Source: a virus
Taxonomy: Duplodnaviria > Caudoviricetes
Length of the DNA: 62,872 bases
Direction: 5' to 3' (one strand)
IMG/VR virus record: IMGVR_UViG_3300008107_007316
Location: 1-62,872 of that record
Shown here: one piece after another, positions 1 through 9,400 of the stretch
How positions within the stretch are numbered: the stretch's first letter is position 1
Layout of the letters: every line of letters starts with the position of its first letter
Notes under the pieces: generated by a model
Database searches by the model: none
What the model was told of the DNA's origin: nothing
Seen by the model: only the letters and a program-made list of their open reading frames with translations
Position numbers and translations under genes: made by a program

Positions 1-2427
1 CCCCACTTATCAACAGGGGGGATGCCTCAGTTTGTATTAAAAAGAATTCAATTATTACAAAACTTTAAAGATAAAGTTGAAATATTCTTGGTTGAATATT
101 CTCAATTTAGTAACACATACGTAGTACAACGAAATCAAATAATTGATCTTTTAGGTGAAGATCATTTTTTTACTCTTGGTGGTACCGATGAGGTTAATAG
201 AAAATATGAATTAATTAATATTATTAAAAACAATAATATTGATATTATTCATTCGGAAGAAATGTTGGATGGATTTGAGTCGTTTAATAAAATTCCAATT
301 GATTTATTAAATCAAATTTATTCAAATGATAGAACTTGGAGAATTATTGAAACGTGTCATAACATTTGGTTTAATCCCCCATCAGATAAAAAATTACATC
401 CAGACGCATATTGTCTTGTTACACCATATCATATGGAAGTTTCTTTTAAGAATGTTGATCCAATTAAATATCTATGGTTATACCCTTATGAAAATAAAGT
501 AAAACCTATTTTAGAAGAAAATGAAATTTACGGAGATTTTAAACAACTTCCTCTTATACATAAAATAAAATTAAGAGATGAACTTGGTTTAGATATGTTT
601 AAAACACACGTATTAAATGTGGGGTTGTGGACAAGTGGTAAAAATCAAAACGAAGGGGTTGAGGTTGCGAGAACTTTGGTAGAATCAAATCCTAATATTG
701 AATTCCACTTTATTGGAAATCAGGCCCCAAACTTTGAAAATTATTGGGGTCCAATCATAGAAAATCTTCCATCAAATGTTAAAGTATGGGGAGAAAGAAA
801 TGATGTTGATAAATTTATGCAAGCTTGTGATGTTTTAATGTTTAATTCAACTTGGGAATGTAATCCATTGGTTATCAGAGAAGCGATTAATTATGGTATG
901 AAAATATTAACAAGAAATTTACCACAATATATGGGAATGTTTGATTCGTTTATTACCCCAATTGATGGAGATAATAATAATATATCAAAACAATTAGTGG
1001 ATTTAATATCAGATAACAAAACATATGATATACCAAATGATGAGAATTTTGGGGAAAATTTATTTCAAATTTATAACTCAACTAAATCATTACCCATAAG
1101 ACAACAAGATCCAATTAAAAACGATTATATTTTTACACAACACTATGTGTGTCAACCATTTTTTGAAATAAAAGGACAAAGCGAAAATAAGTTTGATATA
1201 AAAATGTATGATGGTAATGATAAATTAGTTTATAGTACCACAGTACCGATTAATAGTTGGGTTAAATTAAATAGAGGGTATTACACAGATTGGAAAACAA
1301 AGGTTTGGGAAAATGGTGAATTAATTTATGATAATGTAATTAATTTAGAGGGTAAAAGAGTTTATATATCATTTGGATCTAAATCGTTGGGAGATACTAT
1401 GGCTTGGATGCCATATGTTGAAGAATTTAGAAAAAAACATAATTGTACGTTAATTGTGTCAACATTTATGAATTTCTTATTTAAAGATCAATACCCTGAT
1501 ATTGAATTTGTAGAGCCCGGAAATGTTGTGATGAATATTCATGCTCAATACAGATTGGGTTGGTTCTATAAAGAAGATGGTTCGGTGGATTATGATATGA
1601 CACCTAATGATTATAAAAAACAACCATTACAAAAAACGGCAACAGATATCTTGGGTCTTGAATATACGGAGATTAGACCAAAACTTAAATTACCAAATGT
1701 ATCAAAAAAGAAAAAAGTTGGAATTGGTTTCCACTCAACAGCACAATCAAAGTATTGGAATAACCCCGATGGTTGGCAAAAAGTTGTTGATTACCTTAAC
1801 AGTTTGGGTTATGAATGTATGATCTACTCCAAAGAAGGTGATGGGTATATGAATAACAATTATCCTAAAGGTGTAACAATATATGAAGGTGGTAATTTAC
1901 AAGAAGTAATTGATGATCTTGTAACTTGCAAATTTTTCATTGGTTTAGGATCAGGACTGTCTTGGTTGGCTTGGGCTTGTAAATTACCTGTTGTTTTAAT
2001 ATCAGGGTTTAGTGAGAAGTGGGCTGAAACAAAATTAGATACATACCGAGTTATAAACGAGAACGTATGTCACGGATGTTTTAATTCAGAAAGATTAGAT
2101 GCCGGAGATTGGAACTGGTGCCCACTACATAAAAATACCGACAGAATGTTTGAGTGTACCAAAAGAATAAGTTCAGATATGGTTGTTAAAGAAATAAATA
2201 AAATAATATATAAAGAAGAAACCATGGAAAAAATTGAAGATAAGATATTTGATTGGGGAGGAAGAAGTGAATGGTATGTTAAACAAGCTGAAGAAGAAAT
2301 ATTTGAAGGTAATACTTATGAAAGATTTTTTGAGGTTGAGGAAGGTGATGTTGTTGTTGATTTAGGGGCATCTTTGGGTCCATTCACATATAAAATATCA
2401 AAGAATTCTTGGAAGAAAATAATATAA
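1..2427 (+). CDS. Multidomain glycosyltransferase: GT4-like domain + TibC/Aah-like (autotransporter heptosyltransferase-type) protein O-glycosyltransferase + N-terminal half of an FkbM methyltransferase; 5' truncated
   Basis: Frame is open from base 1 (PHLSTGGMPQ, a typical GT4 start). GT4 motifs WGERNDVDKFMQACDVLMFNSTWECNPLVIREA. TibC/Aah-like SKSLGDTMAWMPYVEEFRKKH, FFIGLGSGLSWLAWA and four-Cys iron finger CHGC...WCPLHKNTDRMFEC. FkbM SAM motif DVVVDLGASLGPF at the end. Confidence 0.85.
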   Translation, partial: PHLSTGGMPQFVLKRIQLLQNFKDKVEIFLVEYSQFSNTYVVQRNQIIDLLGEDHFFTLGGTDEVNRKYELINIIKNNNIDIIHSEEMLDGFESFNKIPIDLLNQIYSNDRTWRIIETCHNIWFNPPSDKKLHPDAYCLVTPYHMEVSFKNVDPIKYLWLYPYENKVKPILEENEIYGDFKQLPLIHKIKLRDELGLDMFKTHVLNVGLWTSGKNQNEGVEVARTLVESNPNIEFHFIGNQAPNFENYWGPIIENLPSNVKVWGERNDVDKFMQACDVLMFNSTWECNPLVIREAINYGMKILTRNLPQYMGMFDSFITPIDGDNNNISKQLVDLISDNKTYDIPNDENFGENLFQIYNSTKSLPIRQQDPIKNDYIFTQHYVCQPFFEIKGQSENKFDIKMYDGNDKLVYSTTVPINSWVKLNRGYYTDWKTKVWENGELIYDNVINLEGKRVYISFGSKSLGDTMAWMPYVEEFRKKHNCTLIVSTFMNFLFKDQYPDIEFVEPGNVVMNIHAQYRLGWFYKEDGSVDYDMTPNDYKKQPLQKTATDILGLEYTEIRPKLKLPNVSKKKKVGIGFHSTAQSKYWNNPDGWQKVVDYLNSLGYECMIYSKEGDGYMNNNYPKGVTIYEGGNLQEVIDDLVTCKFFIGLGSGLSWLAWACKLPVVLISGFSEKWAETKLDTYRVINENVCHGCFNSERLDAGDWNWCPLHKNTDRMFECTKRISSDMVVKEINKIIYKEETMEKIEDKIFDWGGRSEWYVKQAEEEIFEGNTYERFFEVEEGDVVVDLGASLGPFTYKISKNSWKKII

Positions 2428-2720
2428 GTAAAATTGATTTTTTAAAGTGTGATTGTGAAGGTGGTGAATACGACGTGTTTCAACCAACTAATATTAAATT
2501 CCTTAAAACAATTCCAAAGATTGTCACAGAATTTCACTTGAGAGATGATGAAAGTTTTAATAAATGTAAGTTTAAATGGTTTAGAGATAATATTCTACCT
2601 CAATTTGATAACATACAAGTTTACTCAGTAGATGGTGTTGATATAAAATGGGATTTATGGAATGATCACTTTATAGAATATTATAATGAAATAATAATTT
2701 ACATGGATAACAGAAAATAA
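2400..2720 (+). pseudogene. C-terminal half of FkbM-family methyltransferase, out of frame with the upstream N-half
   Basis: Reads KEFLEENNISKIDFLKCDCEGGEYDVF...EFH (FkbM IDxLKxDxEGxE motif). It has no ATG start, and the central part of the domain is missing at about 2396-2400. Confidence 0.7.
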
Positions 2721-2751
2721 AAAAACCCTCACTTAACGGTGGGGGTTTTTT
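2721..2751. terminator. Bidirectional intrinsic terminator
   Basis: AAAAACCCTCAC-ttaacg-GTGGGGGTTTTT hairpin with A/T tracts on both sides, between convergent genes. Confidence 0.8.
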
Positions 2752-2769
2752 ATGTCTTTTAATTTGTTA

Positions 2770-3441
2770 TTAACAATCTGCACTAAAAATAAGTGAGGAT
2801 CCATCCCAATAATAACATCCTGAAGCATCAACATAGTAACCTTGAGCAGAAGGTGTTGTACAATCTTTATCGTCAAATATTCCAAATGCACCCTCCAAAC
2901 GACAAGCGGCGCCAACACATATGTGAAGGTAAACTTGTCTTACATCATTACATTGACAAGCAGTTACACAGTCATCTTGACTATAACATAATTCCACAAG
3001 ACAACAATCAAGTGCACATGGAGAAGGTGTTGGTGTCATTGTTGGTGTTGGTGTTGGTGTTGGACTTACTCCCCCACCTGATGAAGGTGTTGGTGTTGGT
3101 GTTTTAGTTGGATCCGGAGTAATAGGTGGAGTATTAGGTGGTGTTGACGTAGGTGTTGGAGTTGTGGTTGGAGTATTAGTTGGTGTATTTGGAGGTGTTC
3201 TTGTTGGTGTTGCAGTATTAGTTGGTGTATTTGGAGGTGTTCTTGTTGGTGTTACTGTTCTTGTTGGTGTCATTGTTTGAGTTGGAACAGGGCTACCACC
3301 TGGAGTTCTTGTTGGAGTTACAGTTGGAGTTGGAGAACAAAAATCAATGTCATCCATTTTACTTGCATTTGCCTTAAGTATATCGTCTACTTTACTGATA
3401 TTTGCACATAAAACGTCATTAACTTTACTTACTGTTGGCAT
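2770..3441 (-). CDS. Putative virion protein: N-terminal 11-aa repeats, long Pro-Thr linker, Cys-rich C-terminal domain
   Basis: VSKVNDVLCAN/ISKVDDILKAN/ASKMDD repeats, about 100 aa of PT repeats and about 10 Cys at the C-terminus; directly downstream of the large fibre gene. Confidence 0.7.
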   Translation of the reverse strand: MPTVSKVNDVLCANISKVDDILKANASKMDDIDFCSPTPTVTPTRTPGGSPVPTQTMTPTRTVTPTRTPPNTPTNTATPTRTPPNTPTNTPTTTPTPTSTPPNTPPITPDPTKTPTPTPSSGGGVSPTPTPTPTMTPTPSPCALDCCLVELCYSQDDCVTACQCNDVRQVYLHICVGAACRLEGAFGIFDDKDCTTPSAQGYYVDASGCYYWDGSSLIFSADC

Positions 3442-3451
3442 ATTAAATAAA

Positions 3452-6400
3452 TTATACTAACTCAATCCAATCTTGTGAAGGATTAAAATAAATTTCATCT
3501 GCGGCGATAGCGTATCCAACAACTCTAACTATATCTGCTGATCCGGTTGGTTGTGTTGAGGTTAATGCTCCTGGTGTTGTTGATAAATAAACAGGTGATC
3601 CAACAGTAAATGACCAACTCGTGTTTTTCATATAACCTCTAATCATAACACCAATTTCAAATCCATCACTACTAACAGCAATCCCTAAAAGGTTTCTTGA
3701 GTTTGCAGCAAAATCCGCATCTGTAAGAATCCATGTTGTTGATGAACTCAAATAATACACTGAACCTCTTGTTGACGTACCAGTTACTATTGAAATCGCC
3801 TCACCGTACCAATCACCATTATTAACCAATCTATTTATTGGGTTAGTATTTAAAATGTATGTACCAGAACCTGATGTAACTGAAAGTTGAGTACTAATCG
3901 TAACACTACCATTAACATTTAATAAAGACCCATTAAAAGTTAAGTTAGGTTCTGAGTTTGCAGAGTTTGCAGTCCCGTTAGCGGTTAATACATTATTATC
4001 GGTTGTTGGTGATATAGTAGAGAATCCTGTACCTGAAGTACCATTTGTACCAGAAGTACCGTTAGTTCCCGATGTTCCGTTGGCTCCCGATGTACCATTT
4101 GTTCCTGAAGTTCCGTTTGTACCATTTGTTCCTGAGGTTCCATTTGTACCATTAGTTCCTGAAGTTCCATTGGCTCCGCTGGTTCCATTAGTTCCCGAAG
4201 TACCATTTGTTCCATTAGTTCCTGAAGTTCCGTTGGCTCCCGATGTACCATTTGTTCCTGAGGTTCCATTAGTACCATTAGTTCCTGAAGTTCCGTTCGT
4301 ACCATTTGTACCTGATGTTCCATTGGTTCCGTTGGTTCCCGAAGTACCTGACGCACCGCTTACACCGCTAGTTCCATTAGTTCCTGAAGTACCATTTGTT
4401 CCATTAGTTCCGCTAGTACCATTTGTACCGTTGGTTCCGTTAGTACCTGATGTTCCATTAGTGCCGTTTGTTCCTGAAGTTCCATTTACACCTGAAGTAC
4501 CATTTGTACCACTAGTTCCATTAGTCCCATTTGTCCCCGAAGTTCCATTTACTCCACTAGTACCATTAGTTCCCGATGTTCCATTTGCTCCGCTGGTTCC
4601 GTTAGTTCCTGAGGTTCCATTCGTACCATTAGTTCCCGATGTTCCATTTGCTCCGCTAGTACCATTAGTTCCTGATGTTCCATTCGTACCATTCGTTCCT
4701 GATGTACCGTTTGCACCGCTAGTACCATTTGTTCCTGAAGTTCCATTCGTACCGTTTGTTCCTGAAGTTCCGTTTGCACCGCTAGTACCATTTGTTCCTG
4801 AAGTTCCATTCGTACCGTTTGTTCCTGAAGTTCCGTTTGCACCGCTAGTACCATTTGTACCTGAGGTTCCATTAGTACCGTTTGTTCCTGAAGTTCCGTT
4901 TGCACCGCTAGTACCATTTGTACCTGAGGTTCCATTAGTACCGTTAGTACCTGAAGTTCCGTTGGCTCCCGATGTACCATTTGTTCCTGAAGTTCCATTC
5001 GTACCGTTTGTTCCTGAAGTTCCGTTGGCTCCCGATGTACCATTTGTTCCTGAAGTTCCATTAGTTCCGCTAGTCCCATTCGTACCATTAGTACCTGATG
5101 TTCCGTTGGTTCCATTAGTCCCTGATGTTCCGTTGGCTCCGCTCGTACCATTAGTTCCACTTGAACCATTTGTTCCGTTAGTACCTGATGTCCCATTAGT
5201 TCCAGATGTACCATTAGTTCCGTTTGTGCCTGATGTTCCATTTGTACCATTAGTACCTGAGGTTCCATTTACACCACTTGTTCCATTTGTACCTGAAGTT
5301 CCATTTGTTCCGTTTGTACCAGAAGTCCCATTAGTACCATTTGTCCCACTAGTTCCATTAGTACCGCTAGTGCCGTTAGTTCCATTTGTTCCGTTAGTTC
5401 CGTTGGTACCTGAAGTTCCATTTGTCCCGTTAGTTCCGTTAGTACCATTTGTACCTGAAGTTCCGTTGGTTCCACTAGTTCCATTTGTACCGTTTGTGCC
5501 ACTTGAACCATTCGTACCATTAGTTCCGCTTGTGCCATTTGTACCATTTGTTCCTGAAGTTCCATTCGTCCCTGAAGTACCATTAGTACCATTCGTTCCA
5601 CTTGTACCATTAGTACCTGAAGTTCCATTCGTTCCGCTAGTTCCATTCGTACCATTTGTACCTGATGTACCATTAGTTCCTGAAGTTCCGTTAGTACCAC
5701 TGGTGCCATTTGTTCCATTTGTACCTGAAGTTCCGTTGGTTCCACTAGTTCCATTTGTACCATTAGTTCCTGATGTTCCGTTTGTACCTGAAGTCCCGTT
5801 TGTTCCGTTAGTACCACTTGAACCATTTGTTCCATTAGTCCCTGATGTTCCGTTGGTACCATTTGTTCCTGAAGTTCCATTAGTACCATTTGTTCCGTTT
5901 GTACCATTAGTTCCTGAAGTTCCATTAGTTCCTGATGTTCCGTTAGTACCTGACGTTCCATTTGTTCCGTTAGTACCACTCGAACCATTCGTCCCATTAG
6001 TTCCCGATGTACCATTCGTTCCGCTAGTTCCATTAGTACCATTGGTTCCTGATGTACCGTTAGTCCCACTTGTTCCATTAGTACCGTTTGTACCTGATGT
6101 GCCGTTTGTTCCATTTGTCCCCGATGTTCCATTTGTACCGCTAGTACCATTCGTACCTGACGTTCCATTTGTACCATTTGTTCCGCTTGTACCATTAGTA
6201 CCTGATGTACCGTTTGTTCCACTAGTTCCGTTTGTACCATTTGTTCCACTTGTACCATTAGTTCCTGACGTTCCATTCGTCCCACTAGTTCCATTTGTAC
6301 CGTTAGTTCCTGAAGTACCGTTAGTTCCTGAAGTACCATTTGTTCCTGATGTTCCGTTAGTCCCATTTGTTCCCGAAGTTCCATTAGTACCTGATGTACC

Positions 6401-9400
6401 ATTTGTACCGCTAGTTCCATTAGTACCATTAGTCCCTGAAGTTCCATTTGTTCCCGATGATCCATTAGTACCATTTGTACCTGATGTTCCGTTTGTTCCC
6501 GATGTCCCATTAGTTCCGTTAGTCCCATTTGTTCCGCTAGTACCATTTGTTCCATTCGTTCCACTTGTACCATTAGTTCCTGAAGTCCCATTTGTACCAT
6601 TAGTTCCGTTGGTTCCTGACGTTCCATTTGTTCCATTCGTACCGCTAGTCCCGTTGGTTCCTGATGTTCCATTAGTGCCAGATGTTCCGTTAGTACCATT
6701 TGTACCACTAGTACCATTTGTTCCATTAGTTCCCGATGTACCATTTGTACCTGAGGTTCCGTTAGTTCCATTCGTACCGCTAGTTCCATTAGTACCATTA
6801 GTACCCGAAGTTCCATTTGTTCCGCTAGTCCCATTAGTACCGTTTGTTCCCGATGTTCCATTAGTGCCAGAAGTTCCATTCGTACCTGATGTACCGTTTG
6901 TACCTGAAGTACCATTTGTTCCGTTTGTACCACTAGTTCCATTAGTTCCGTTAGTTCCATTTGTACCCGACGTACCATTTGTTCCTGAAGTACCGTTGGT
7001 ACCACTTGAACCATTTGTTCCATTAGTCCCTGATGTACCGTTTGTTCCATTTGTACCGTTAGTTCCCGAAGTTCCATTAGTCCCTGATGTACCATTCGTT
7101 CCATTGGTTCCACTTGTACCATTTGTTCCTGACGTTCCATTAGTTCCTGAAGTTCCGTTTGTACCTGAGGTTCCATTTGTTCCGTTCGTTCCTGAAGTAC
7201 CATTTGTCCCTGAAGTACCATTTGTTCCATTTGTACCTGAGGTTCCGTTCGTACCTGAAGTACCGTTTGTTCCATTGGTCCCGCTCGTACCATTGGTTCC
7301 TGAAGTTCCATTCGTACCGTTAGTTCCATTAGTCCCTGATGTACCGTTTGTTCCATTTGTACCGTTAGTTCCTGATGTACCATTTGTACCGCTAGTTCCA
7401 TTTGTACCCGATGTTCCATTAGTTCCATTTGTCCCGTTAGTTCCCGATGTTCCATTTGTACCTGATGTTCCATTAGTTCCATTAGTACCATTCGTTCCAC
7501 TTGAACCATTTGTTCCATTAGTTCCCGACGTACCGTTAGTTCCTGAAGTTCCATTGGTTCCATTGGTTCCGTTCGTTCCTGAAGTACCATTTGTACCGTT
7601 AGTTCCATTTGTTCCATTAGTCCCTGATGTTCCATTTGTCCCGTTAGTTCCGTTAGTACCATTTGTACCTGAGGTTCCATTTGTTCCGTTCGTTCCTGAA
7701 GTACCATTGGTTCCATTGGTTCCGTTCGTTCCTGAAGTACCATTTGTACCATTAGTACCGTTAGTTCCATTTGTTCCTGAAGTACCATTTGTTCCGTTCG
7801 TACCATTGGTTCCTGATGTCCCGTTTGTACCTGAGGTTCCGTTTGTTCCATTTGTACCAGAAGTTCCATTTGTACCATTGGTTCCTGATGATCCATTAGT
7901 TCCATTAGTACCTGAAGTTCCATTCGTTCCGCTAGTTCCATTAGTACCTGAAGTCCCATTAGTTCCATTAGTTCCTGATGTCCCATTTGTTCCATTAGTT
8001 CCATTAGTACCCGAAGTCCCATTTGTTCCTGAAGTTCCATTTGTCCCATTGGTTCCTGATGTCCCATTAGTTCCATTAGTACCCGAAGTCCCATTTGTTC
8101 CTGAAGATCCATTCGTACCGTTGGTACCACTTGAACCGTTTGTTCCGTCAGTTCCTGAAGTACCATTGGTACCTGAAGTCCCGTTTGTACCATTTGTACC
8201 TGAAGTTCCATTAGTTCCATTAGTTCCTGATGTTCCGTTGGTTCCATTAGTTCCTGATGTTCCGTTGGTTCCGTTTGTCCCATTTGTACCATTGGTTCCT
8301 GAAGTTCCATTAGTACCTGACGTTCCATTGGTACCGTTTGTTCCGTTAGTACCACTAGTTCCGTTTGTACCCGACGTTCCATTCGTTCCATTTGTACCGT
8401 TAGTACCATTTGTTCCACTTGTACCATTGGTTCCTGAAGTTCCATTTGTACCATTGGTTCCTGAAGTGCCATTTGTTCCACTAGTTCCATCCGTTCCGTT
8501 AGTTCCATTTGTACCTGAAGTACCATTGGTTCCATTGGTTCCTGAAGTACCATTCGTTCCGTTAGTTCCATTCGTTCCGTTAGTTCCGCTAGTACCGTTG
8601 GTACCACTTGAACCATTTGTTCCCGACGTACCGTTAGTTCCTGAAGTTCCATTAGTCCCGCTCGTACCGTTAGTTCCATTTGTACCTGAAGTACCATTGG
8701 TTCCATTCGTTCCTGAAGTACCATTCGTTCCTGAAGTTCCATTAGTCCCGCTCGTACCGTTGGTTCCATTTGTACCGCTAGTACCATTTGTTCCTGATGT
8801 CCCATTAGTGCCATTAGTTCCACTTGAACCATTTGTTCCGTTAGTTCCTGATGTTCCGTTTGTTCCTGATGTGCCATTAGTACCGTTTGTACCTGATGTT
8901 CCGTTTGTACCATTAGTTCCTGAAGTTCCATTCGTACCGTTAGTTCCATTTGTTCCGCTAGTACCATTGGTTCCGTTAGTTCCCGATGTACCATTAGTTC
9001 CATTTGTACCGTTTGTACCCGAAGTTCCATTAGTGCCTGACGTTCCATTGGTTCCGTTTGTTCCATTAGTACCTGAAGTTCCATTAGTACCATTTGTACC
9101 TGACGTTCCGTCGGCACCACTTGTTTGATAGAACGTATTTCCATTTGAATCAACAACAACAAATCTTGTTAAACTTGATCCACTTGTTATTCCTGTAATA
9201 GTTAAATTTGTTGTTGTGGTTCTACCTGAACCATCAAAAGATATTTTGTTAACACCAGCACCATTTTGAATTTGGAATACCGCATCAGCATCAGAAGCAC
9301 TTCCTCGTCTAAATGTTACCCCATCCAAAATTGAATTTGTAATAATCTCAGGGTCCGCTGAGTTATTATATGCTTGTTGTAAGTTTGTTGTTGGTGAACC

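Noticed and set aside
2390-2427. Programmed ribosomal frameshift joining the two FkbM halves
   Set aside because: No clear slippery heptamer, and the joined product would still lack the middle of the domain; a deletion or misassembly is simpler.
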